From NCBI GenBank assembly GCA_947631625.1, contig CANRMA010000005.1, positions 28,108 to 92,107 of the forward strand: a DNA stretch of 64,000 nucleotides. Reading direction: 5' to 3'. Of the stretch, positions 9,483-17,910 are shown one piece after another (the stretch's first letter is position 1; each line of letters starts with the position of its first letter). This stretch comes from an uncultured Lachnospiraceae bacterium (lineage in GTDB: Bacteria > Bacillota > Clostridia > Lachnospirales > Lachnospiraceae). The translations under genes and the position numbers were made by a program. The notes beneath the pieces are model-generated. The model had not been told where the DNA came from. It was given only the letters and a program-made list of their open reading frames with translations, and did no database searches.

Positions 9483-10790
9483 TTACACCATATATTTTTT
9501 ATAATAACCGTAATCTTGCGTTTTGCAATTCACCCGAAGCAGGACTCCGTCTTCTTTATACTGTGTATCATATACCACTGCATTTTCATTAAGATAAGAC
9601 ACCGCCTTGCCATCTGTATACGGAATGAGCAGACTGCACTCCTTATAACCGCAGGAAAGCTTCTTTTCAATTAAAATGACCAGTTCTTCCAAACCGGCCT
9701 TCTCTTTGGCCGACATATATATGCTGTCGCCTATTACTATAGGAAGTTTATTTTTTGACGCTTTGGCGTTTGCGCCCGCCGTTGGCAGCATATCTTCATC
9801 CACTTTATCCGATTTATTGTAAATATAAAGTATAGGTATATTTTCCGCGCCCAGTTCTTTTAAAGTCTTCTGCGTAACCGCGATCTGCTCTTTGTAATGT
9901 CCGTCACTGTAGTCTATCACCTGCAGCAAGATATCAGCTTCTTTCGCTTCTTCCAACGTAGAACGAAACGCTTCTGTCAGATGGTGCGGCAGCTTATGAA
10001 TGAAGCCTACCGTATCCGACAGCAAAAATGCATGGTGATCCTTAGGTTCTATCCTGCGCACCGTGGTATCCAGGGTGGCAAAGAGCATATCTTTCTCCAT
10101 CACTTTTTTGTCTTCCGTATTTATTTCATCAGAGCCGTACATATCCAACATCGCATTTAAAAGCGTGGATTTTCCGGCATTAGTATAACCCACCAGAGCT
10201 ATGCGCGGCACCCCGGATTCCGCGCGCTGCTTACGCTGTACCCTGCGCTGCGCGCTTATTTCTTTTAATTCCCTCCTGCACTCTGCAAGCCTGTGCTCCA
10301 ACACACGCCTGTCCAGTTCCAGTTTCTTCTCGCCGGAGCCTCTGTTGCTCATGGAACCGCTTGCGCCGCCCTGCCTGCTCAATGCCGCATGAAGCCCCAC
10401 AAGTCTCGGCAGCATATACTGTAATCTTGCCGCCTCCACTTGCAGCTTAGCTTCTACGGAACGCGCTCTTTTTGCAAAAATATCCAGTATCAATATGCTT
10501 CTGTCCATAATCGGAAGCCCTATCTTATCCTGAAGGTTACGAAGCTGCATAGGCGAAAGCGAGTTGTCAAAAATAACCACATCCGCTCCCGACTCAGCCG
10601 CCTCTTCTTTCACCTCATCGACTTTTCCCGTTCCTATATAAAAAGCCTTATGAATTTCGGGAAGATTCTGCTCCACTATACCGACTACTTCCATATCGCA
10701 GGCATTGGCAAGGTTTCCCAATTCTTCCAACGACAGCTTATAGTCTTCTTCATTATTCAGATCAACTCCCACCAATAACGCTTTTTCCAT
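9483..10790 (-). CDS. hflX: Ribosome-splitting GTPase HflX, HflXr-like paralogue
   Basis: G1 VGYTNAGKST, G2 MLFATLDT, G3 DTVGF, G4 NKSD; N-domain loop SNRGSGEKKLELDRR. Confidence 0.92.
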   Translation of the reverse strand: MEKALLVGVDLNNEEDYKLSLEELGNLANACDMEVVGIVEQNLPEIHKAFYIGTGKVDEVKEEAAESGADVVIFDNSLSPMQLRNLQDKIGLPIMDRSILILDIFAKRARSVEAKLQVEAARLQYMLPRLVGLHAALSRQGGASGSMSNRGSGEKKLELDRRVLEHRLAECRRELKEISAQRRVQRKQRAESGVPRIALVGYTNAGKSTLLNAMLDMYGSDEINTEDKKVMEKDMLFATLDTTVRRIEPKDHHAFLLSDTVGFIHKLPHHLTEAFRSTLEEAKEADILLQVIDYSDGHYKEQIAVTQKTLKELGAENIPILYIYNKSDKVDEDMLPTAGANAKASKNKLPIVIGDSIYMSAKEKAGLEELVILIEKKLSCGYKECSLLIPYTDGKAVSYLNENAVVYDTQYKEDGVLLRVNCKTQDYGYYKKYMV

Positions 10791-10883
10791 ATATTCATCT
10801 CCAAATAATATTCAGTTAGATTTTATCATATAAAATCCGAATTCACAATGACCTGCCGGATTTATAATAAAATATGCGGTAAA

Positions 10884-11023
10884 ACATTCGATAATGTTCA
10901 ATCAGACATTTAATAATATCTAACCAACATTCAATAATACTCAATCAGACATTCAATAATATTCAATCAGGCATTCGACGATACTCAATCAGACATTCGA
11001 CAATATTCAATCAGACATTCAAT
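10884..11023. repeat. 22-bp tandem repeat array (6 full copies plus a partial)
   Basis: Consensus ACATTCAATAATATTCAATCAG, starts at 10884, 10906, 10927, 10949, 10971, 10993, 11015. Confidence 0.9.
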
Positions 11024-11053
11024 GAACATTTAATTCAATCACCACTATATATT

Positions 11054-11129
11054 AATAAAAAATCAGCCCCTTAAATATTATCCGGCATTCTTCTAATACT
11101 GAATATGCCAATTAATACCAAGCGGCTGT
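11054..11129 (-). terminator. Intrinsic terminator (attenuator) inside the hflX leader
   Basis: Long imperfect stem CAGCCGCTT..TATTA..TGGCAT.TTC / GAATGCCG..TAATA..AAGGGGCTG followed by ATTTTTTATT. Confidence 0.65.
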
Positions 11130-11267
11130 CAAAATTTACTTCTTTATGTTTCTGTTAAAGACCAATAAACTGTTAAACCTATATACTCAATATGATTATA
11201 TACGCGATATAACCGTCGCAAACCCTGTTAGGCAATAACCGTCTTTAACTTTTCAAAACTTAAAATC

Positions 11268-11316
11268 CTTAATATACCTTAATATAACTTAATATATCTT
11301 AATATAACTTAATATA
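11268..11316. repeat. 10-bp tandem repeat CTTAATATAN x5
   Basis: CTTAATATA recurs every 10 bp from 11268 to 11316. Confidence 0.9.
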
Positions 11317-11320
11317 CACA

Positions 11321-11335
11321 TCACAACAACATCAT
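11321..11335 (-). CDS. Putative leader peptide MMLL (uORF of hflX)
   Basis: GAGGTG (11341-11346) attgc ATG ATG TTG TTG TGA, immediately after the predicted transcription start. Confidence 0.6.
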   Translation of the reverse strand: MMLL

Positions 11336-11356
11336 GCAATCACCTCAACAAATACT

Positions 11357-11385
11357 ATTATCAGGCAATTGCGAAACGCTGTCTA
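11357..11385 (-). promoter_or_regulatory. Putative sigma-A promoter of the hflX leader
   Basis: TAGACA-N17-GATAAT. Confidence 0.55.
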
Positions 11386-11450
11386 AAGCTTACGAATTCA
11401 GTAAAATATACAAAACAGGATCCCGTTTCGGATCGCAGACTCAGGCGTGA

Positions 11451-11912
11451 TCACAAAAGCATATCTCCAAAAATACTGCTGCCCAACATACTGCCGGTTC
11501 CGCCGTAAGCCGATGAAACAAGCGAGCCAAGACCATACTGCGACGAAAGCGTTGACAGTCCGCTTGAATAACCTGCGGAGAGCAGACTCATCTGTACCTG
11601 CATCTGCTGCTGATCCTTATATAAAGCGGCAAGCGCGGTGCCTACGTCTTTTAATTCCTCATCGTTCTGCAGTCTTTCGAGCGCTTCCTGAATTTCCACA
11701 GTATCTCCCGAATTTATTCCAAATGCCGCAAGTTGGCTTTCCACTGCCTTTTCCATCGCTGTCGGGAACTTTGCAGTGTCTGAAATCTTAGAAGCGGCGC
11801 TTTTATCTTTATTTAATGAAGCGGCGGATCTTGCATCGGTAACATTAGCGGCCGCGGCTGCATTAGCATTAACTGCCGCCTCATCTCTCATTCCAAGGTC
11901 GTTGATATACAT
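11451..11912 (-). CDS. Hypothetical protein (153 aa, Ala/Ser-rich)
   Basis: AAGGAG SD before the ATG; no recognised motif. Confidence 0.65.
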   Translation of the reverse strand: MYINDLGMRDEAAVNANAAAAANVTDARSAASLNKDKSAASKISDTAKFPTAMEKAVESQLAAFGINSGDTVEIQEALERLQNDEELKDVGTALAALYKDQQQMQVQMSLLSAGYSSGLSTLSSQYGLGSLVSSAYGGTGSMLGSSIFGDMLL

Positions 11913-12025
11913 TTTAAAGGCTCCTTTAAAATAACGTATGTTATTATTCCATATCCGCAGACTTTACAACAATTATTGTACATCAGTTTCAAAATTATAT
12001 GAAATCGGATACAGAACTTGAACTC

Positions 12026-12054
12026 ATTATATTCCTTTTCCTGTCTTTTGTCCA
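12026..12054 (-). promoter_or_regulatory. Putative sigma-A promoter
   Basis: TGGACA-N17-TATAAT. Confidence 0.55.
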
Positions 12055-12156
12055 GAATATGTAATGAAAAACACAATTAATGTAATAAAAACAGTCTCCC
12101 CGTACAATGAACATATCATAATACAGGCAAGACTGTTTTATAAGCATATAAGCCTC

Positions 12157-14643
12157 TTATTTGGCCGGTTTCAAACTTTTATTCGGAAGAACTACCTTAT
12201 CCAGTTTCCAGATATCATCCACATATTCCTGAATGGTTCTGTCAGAAGTAAATTTACCTGAGCAGGCCACATTCAAAATAGCGCTCTTAGCCCAACCCTT
12301 TTCATCCCTGTATGCCTTTTCAACTTTCTTCTGTGCCTCAGCATAAGACTTAAAGTCTTTCAGAATAAAGTAAGTATCGGCCTTGGACGTACTCAAAGTA
12401 TTGAGCAGAGAGTTATACAAAGGTCTGAACAGATCCGGATCGTTATGTGAATAGGTTCCGTTTATAAGCTGCATAAGAACTTTTCTCACATCAGGATCAT
12501 TGTTGAATATATCCATAGGATTATATCCGCCGAAGTTCTCGTATTTAATGACTTCATCCGAACTCAGACCGAAGATAAATGCGTTTTCTTCTCCGACTTC
12601 TTCAACAATCTCCACATTAGCGCCGTCCATAGTGCCTATCGTGAGCGCGCCGTTTAACATAAACTTCATATTTCCGGTACCGGACGCTTCTTTACTTGCA
12701 GTGGAGATCTGCTCGGAAACATCCGCTGCGGCAAATATGATCTCCGCGTTAGATACACGGTAATTCTCGATAAACACTACCTTGATCTTACCGTTGATGC
12801 TTTCGTCATTATTGATGACATCCGCTACGGAATTGATAAGTTTGATGGTCAGCTTGGCATTAAGATAACCCGCCGCCGCCTTAGCGCCGAAAATAAATGT
12901 CCTCGGATAGAAATCCATATCAGGATGCTCTTTAAGTTCATTGTATAAATACATAACGTGCAGGATATTCAATAACTGACGTTTATATTCATGAAGTCTC
13001 TTAACCTGAACATCAAATATGGAACGGGGATCAACGTCTATACCGTTATGCTCCTTGATATATTTTGCAAGACGCACCTTATTCTGATATTTGATATTCA
13101 TAAATTCCTGCTGCGCCTTTTCGTCATCGGCATAAACCTTTAACTTATTGATCTTAGGAAGATCCGTGATCCAGTCGCTTCCTACATGCGCCGTAACCCA
13201 CTTTGCAAGCAGCGGATTTCCATGTAACAGGAAACGTCTCTGCGTAATTCCGTTTGTCTTATTATTAAACTTCTCAGGCATCATCTCATAGAAATCTTTT
13301 AATTCCTGATGTTTAAGTATCTCCGTATGTAATCTTGCAACGCCGTTTACGGAATAGCCTGCGGCAATTGCCAGATGCGCCATTTTGACCTGCCCGTCAT
13401 ATATTATGGCCATCTTTCTGACTTTTTCCGGATCATTAGGATACTGCTGCTCTATTCTCGCAATAAACCTGCGGTTTATCTCTTCCACGATCTGATATAC
13501 ACGGGGAAGCAGTCTTGAGAAAAGCTCAATGGGCCATTTTTCCAATGCTTCCGCCATAATGGTATGGTTGGTATAAGCGCAGGTTTTAGTAGTAACCTCC
13601 CATGCCTCATCCCATGACAAATAATAATCGTCCATCAAAATACGCATAAGTTCAGCCACCGCCACGGTAGGGTGCGTATCATTAAGCTGGAACGTGACTT
13701 TCTCATAAAATTTCCTGATATCATTATGCTTACGCATGTATTTTTCAACCGCTTCCTGTACGGATGCCGATATAAAGAAATACTGCTGTTTTAACCTGAG
13801 TTCCTTGCCCGCATAATGATTATCGTTAGGATACAGCACCTCGACGATATTCCTTGCAAGATTTTCCTGCTCAACCGCTTTATGATAATCGCCTTTATCA
13901 AAAGAATCAAGCTGGAAACATTCAACCGGCTCAGCATCCCAGATACGGAGCGTATTAACGATACCGTTGCCGTAACCGACTATAGGAATATCGTAAGGAA
14001 TGGCGCGTACCGACTGGTAGCCTTCCTGTTTGAAATTGCTTCTTCCGTTTTCGTCTACATATACGTTTACATATCCGCCGAACTTTACTTCCTTGGCATA
14101 TTCGGGTCTGCGCAGTTCGAACGGATTGCCGTCCTGCAGCCAGTTATCCGGCACTTCCACCTGATAGCCGTCTCTTATTTCCTGCTTGAACATACCGTAA
14201 CGGTAACGTATGCCGCAACCGTATGCGGCGTAGCCAAGAGTTGCAAGAGAATCAAGGAAGCAGGCAGCAAGCCTTCCCAGACCGCCGTTTCCGAGAGCGG
14301 CGTCCGGCTCCTGATCCTCAATCACATTAATATCAATTCCAAGCTCCGCAAGCGCATCTTTAAAAACATCATACGCCTGCAGATTGATCATATTATTTCC
14401 AAGCGCGCGGCCCATAAGAAATTCCATAGACAAATAATACACCATCTTGGGATCCTGCTTGTCATACTCCTGCTGGGTAGCGAGCCATTGATCTACGATA
14501 GCGTCCTTAACCGCGTAAGATACCGCCTGAAATATCTGTTGGTCAGTAGCTTCCTCCAGAGTTTTTCTATATAGAGTCTTTACATTATAAAGTACGCTCC
14601 TTTTAAAAAGCTCTGTGTCAAATGTTGCTGTTTTCTTTTGCAT
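12157..14643 (-). CDS. glgP: Glycogen/alpha-glucan phosphorylase
   Basis: LGNGGLGRLAACF, QLNDTHP, KRLHEYKRQ, PLP motif EASGTGNMKF; start moved to ATG 14643, which follows AGGAGG. Confidence 0.95.
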   Translation of the reverse strand: MQKKTATFDTELFKRSVLYNVKTLYRKTLEEATDQQIFQAVSYAVKDAIVDQWLATQQEYDKQDPKMVYYLSMEFLMGRALGNNMINLQAYDVFKDALAELGIDINVIEDQEPDAALGNGGLGRLAACFLDSLATLGYAAYGCGIRYRYGMFKQEIRDGYQVEVPDNWLQDGNPFELRRPEYAKEVKFGGYVNVYVDENGRSNFKQEGYQSVRAIPYDIPIVGYGNGIVNTLRIWDAEPVECFQLDSFDKGDYHKAVEQENLARNIVEVLYPNDNHYAGKELRLKQQYFFISASVQEAVEKYMRKHNDIRKFYEKVTFQLNDTHPTVAVAELMRILMDDYYLSWDEAWEVTTKTCAYTNHTIMAEALEKWPIELFSRLLPRVYQIVEEINRRFIARIEQQYPNDPEKVRKMAIIYDGQVKMAHLAIAAGYSVNGVARLHTEILKHQELKDFYEMMPEKFNNKTNGITQRRFLLHGNPLLAKWVTAHVGSDWITDLPKINKLKVYADDEKAQQEFMNIKYQNKVRLAKYIKEHNGIDVDPRSIFDVQVKRLHEYKRQLLNILHVMYLYNELKEHPDMDFYPRTFIFGAKAAAGYLNAKLTIKLINSVADVINNDESINGKIKVVFIENYRVSNAEIIFAAADVSEQISTASKEASGTGNMKFMLNGALTIGTMDGANVEIVEEVGEENAFIFGLSSDEVIKYENFGGYNPMDIFNNDPDVRKVLMQLINGTYSHNDPDLFRPLYNSLLNTLSTSKADTYFILKDFKSYAEAQKKVEKAYRDEKGWAKSAILNVACSGKFTSDRTIQEYVDDIWKLDKVVLPNKSLKPAK

Positions 14644-14731
14644 CAATCTACCTCCTCATTATGTCACAGCTATTATTATTCAATTGCAATTTAAAACCTG
14701 AATTTATTATATCAGATTTATAAGGACTTTG

Positions 14732-17700
14732 CTACTTCTTTTCCATTTCGATAACGACCTTTTCTCCGTTTACGTTCCATTGTTTGGAAATTGACAGTTT
14801 TTCGTTCGTCGTAATCTCGTCCGCAAGAACTTTGCCCGCTATCATTTCCGTATTATTCATGACAATACCGGCAACCTTGGAGTTGTCACAGATAGAAACT
14901 TTTATATGGTCCATAACTTCAAAGTCCGCATCTTTACGCATGGTCTGGATCTTACTTATAACCTCGTATACAAAACCTTCTTCGATAAGTTCTTCCGTCA
15001 GATTTGTATCAAGCACCACTGTAATATTATTGTCGGCCTCTGAAACATAACCTTCTTTTTGCGCCATATCGATCAGAAGATCGTCTTTTGTAAGAACAAT
15101 CTCCGTACCGTCAACTTCAAATTTAAGCTCTCCTTTTGCATTGAGTTCGTCCATAGCCTTGTTGCCGTCCAGGCCGCCAAGGACTTTCTGTATGCCGCCA
15201 AGCTGCTTGCCGTACTTAGGCCCCACGGTGCGAAGCTGCGGTTTGAAGGTATAACTTGTGAACTCTCTTACATCCTCCGTAAACCTGATCTCTTTTACGT
15301 TAAGCTCGTCTTTGATTATATCTTTATAAAAATCGCTGAGCTCGTTCTCTGCTTTTACAAACATAGCGCCGATGGGCTGACGGTTTTTAATGTTGGCTGC
15401 ATTACGCGCGGCGCGGCCCATAACTACGATCTTAAGCACCTCTTCCATATCCGCTTCGAGTTTCTCATCGATCATATTTTCATTGACCTTAGGGTAATCG
15501 CATAAATGTATGCTTTCAGGAGCCGACTCATCAATACTCTTAACAAGGTTAAGATAAATCTCCTCTGTCATAAAAGGAATCATTGGCGCAGCGCACTTAC
15601 ATATATCAACAAGCGCGGTATAAAGCGTCATATACGCATTGATCTTATCCTGCTCCATTCCCTTTGCCCAGAAACGCTCGCGGCTTCTTCTGACATACCA
15701 GTTGCTCATCTCATCCACAAAGTTGTCAAGGACTCTGGCCGCCTCAGGAATCCTGTAAGCGTCCATATTTTTATCAACTTCCTTAATGGCTGTATTCAGT
15801 TTAGACAAAAGCCACTTATCCATTACAGGAAGTTTATCATAGTCCAACGTATATTTGGTTGCATCAAAATTATCGATGTTGGCGTACAGTACAAAAAACG
15901 CATACGTATTCCATAGCGTGCCGAGGAACTTGCGCTGCCCTTCCTGTACGGCCTTACCGTGAAATCTGTTCGGAAGCCACGGCGCTGAATTTATATAAAA
16001 ATACCATCTGATCGCGTCCGCGCCGTAAGTCTCCAAAGCGTCAAACGGATCCACCGCATTGCCTTTGGATTTGGACATCTTCTGACCGTTCTCATCCTGA
16101 ACATGTCCTAATACTATTACGTTTTCGAAAGGCGCTTTGTTAAAGAGCAGGGTCGATTCGGCCATCAGCGAATAGAACCAACCCCTGGTCTGATCTACCG
16201 CTTCCGAAATAAACTGCGCCGGGAACTGGGCTTCAAATAAATCCTTGTTTTCAAACGGATAATGATGCTGCGCAAAAGGCATCGCGCCCGAATCAAACCA
16301 ACAGTCTATAACTTCCGGAACACGTTTCATAGTCTTTCCGCACTTCGGACATTTTATCGTAATTTCGTCAATATATGGACGGTGAAGTTCGACGGTTTCG
16401 GCTTCGGGATTACCGCTCATTTTCTTAAGTTCCTCTCTGGAACCTATAGCTTCCATATGACCGCAGTCTTCACATTCCCACACATTAAGAGGCGTACCCC
16501 AGTAACGGTTTCTGGATATGCCCCAGTCCTGAATATTCTCAAGCCAGTTGCCGAAACGGCCTTCGCCTATCGATTCCGGTATCCAGTTGACCGTCTTGTT
16601 GTTGCGCACAAGATCATCCCTTACAGCCGTCATCTTAATAAACCAAGACTCTCTCGCATAATAGATCAAAGGCGTATCGCATCTCCAACAGAACGGATAA
16701 TCATGCTCAAACTTAGGCGCGCCAAAAAGTTTTCCTTCTTTATCCAAATCCTTTAATATCTCCGGATCCGCTTTTTTAACAAATAAACCGGCGTAAGGAG
16801 TCTCCTCAGTCATCTCACCCTTGCCGTTTACAAACTGAACTAAAGGCAGGTCATATTTTCTGCCTACATTGGCGTCATCTTCACCAAAAGCAGGCGCGAT
16901 ATGAACGATACCGGTACCGTCCGTCATCGTAACATAATTGTCACAGGTTACAAAATGCGCTTTCTTATGCATTTTTTCCGCCATTTCGCCTGCGCAGGCA
17001 AATAAAGGCTCATATTCTTTATACTCCAGATCTTTTCCCGTATAAGTCTCAAGCGCCTCATAGGCCGGCCTGCCCTCCTCGGCAAGCGGACTAAGCACAT
17101 TATCAAGAAGCGCCTGAGCCATGTAATAAGTATAGTTATCTGCCGCTTTTACCTTTACATATGTCTCGTCAGGGTTTACGCACAGCGCCACATTGGAAGG
17201 CAGCGTCCAGGGCGTAGTCGTCCATGCGAGAAAATAAGCGTCTTCGCCAACTACTTTAAATCGTACTATAGCAGAACGTTCCTTTACGGCTTTATAACCC
17301 TGCGCAACCTCATGCGACGAAAGCGGGGTGCCGCATCTGGGACAGTAAGGCACTACCTTAAAGCCTTTATACAAAAGACCTTTATCCCAGATCTGCTTTA
17401 AAGCCCACCACTCGGATTCAATAAAATCATCATGATAGGTTACGTAAGGATCATCCATATCGGCCCAAAATCCGACCGTACCGGAAAATTCCTCCCACAT
17501 TCCTTTATATTTCCAGACGGACTCTTTACATTTAGTGATAAAAGGATCCAGTCCGTACTCTTCGATCTGCTCTTTACCGTCCAGTCCGAGCATCTGCTCA
17601 ACTTCCAGTTCAACAGGCAGACCATGAGTATCCCAACCTGCCTTGCGCGGAACCATATAACCTTTCATTGTACGGTATCTGGGAATCATATCCTTTATTA

Positions 17701-17887
17701 CACGCGTAAGTACATGCCCTATATGCGGTTTACCGTTTGCTGTCGGAGGTCCGTCATAAAATGTATAAGTCGGTCCTTCCTTCCGCGAGTCCATACTTTT
17801 CCGAAAAATATCATTTTCTTTCCAGAAACGCCCGATCTCCTTTTCTCTTTCTACAAAGTTTAAACTGGTATCAACTTTTTGATACAT
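14732..17887 (-). CDS. ileS: Isoleucine--tRNA ligase, type 2
   Basis: DGPPTANGKPHIGH, GWDTHGLPVE, WTTTPWTLPSN, KMSKS; no type-1 C-terminal Zn finger. True start ATG 17887 after AAGGAG. Confidence 0.95.
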   Translation of the reverse strand: MYQKVDTSLNFVEREKEIGRFWKENDIFRKSMDSRKEGPTYTFYDGPPTANGKPHIGHVLTRVIKDMIPRYRTMKGYMVPRKAGWDTHGLPVELEVEQMLGLDGKEQIEEYGLDPFITKCKESVWKYKGMWEEFSGTVGFWADMDDPYVTYHDDFIESEWWALKQIWDKGLLYKGFKVVPYCPRCGTPLSSHEVAQGYKAVKERSAIVRFKVVGEDAYFLAWTTTPWTLPSNVALCVNPDETYVKVKAADNYTYYMAQALLDNVLSPLAEEGRPAYEALETYTGKDLEYKEYEPLFACAGEMAEKMHKKAHFVTCDNYVTMTDGTGIVHIAPAFGEDDANVGRKYDLPLVQFVNGKGEMTEETPYAGLFVKKADPEILKDLDKEGKLFGAPKFEHDYPFCWRCDTPLIYYARESWFIKMTAVRDDLVRNNKTVNWIPESIGEGRFGNWLENIQDWGISRNRYWGTPLNVWECEDCGHMEAIGSREELKKMSGNPEAETVELHRPYIDEITIKCPKCGKTMKRVPEVIDCWFDSGAMPFAQHHYPFENKDLFEAQFPAQFISEAVDQTRGWFYSLMAESTLLFNKAPFENVIVLGHVQDENGQKMSKSKGNAVDPFDALETYGADAIRWYFYINSAPWLPNRFHGKAVQEGQRKFLGTLWNTYAFFVLYANIDNFDATKYTLDYDKLPVMDKWLLSKLNTAIKEVDKNMDAYRIPEAARVLDNFVDEMSNWYVRRSRERFWAKGMEQDKINAYMTLYTALVDICKCAAPMIPFMTEEIYLNLVKSIDESAPESIHLCDYPKVNENMIDEKLEADMEEVLKIVVMGRAARNAANIKNRQPIGAMFVKAENELSDFYKDIIKDELNVKEIRFTEDVREFTSYTFKPQLRTVGPKYGKQLGGIQKVLGGLDGNKAMDELNAKGELKFEVDGTEIVLTKDDLLIDMAQKEGYVSEADNNITVVLDTNLTEELIEEGFVYEVISKIQTMRKDADFEVMDHIKVSICDNSKVAGIVMNNTEMIAGKVLADEITTNEKLSISKQWNVNGEKVVIEMEKK

Positions 17888-17910
17888 GACTTTCTCCTTT
17901 CCAGGCAAAC

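Noticed and set aside
10884-11023. CRISPR array
   Set aside because: Units are contiguous with no unique spacers, and no cas genes are present.
13816-14574. Long antisense ORFs (also 18778-19584, 21118-21702 and many shorter ones)
   Set aside because: Shadow frames opposite well-supported genes, with no recognisable motifs.
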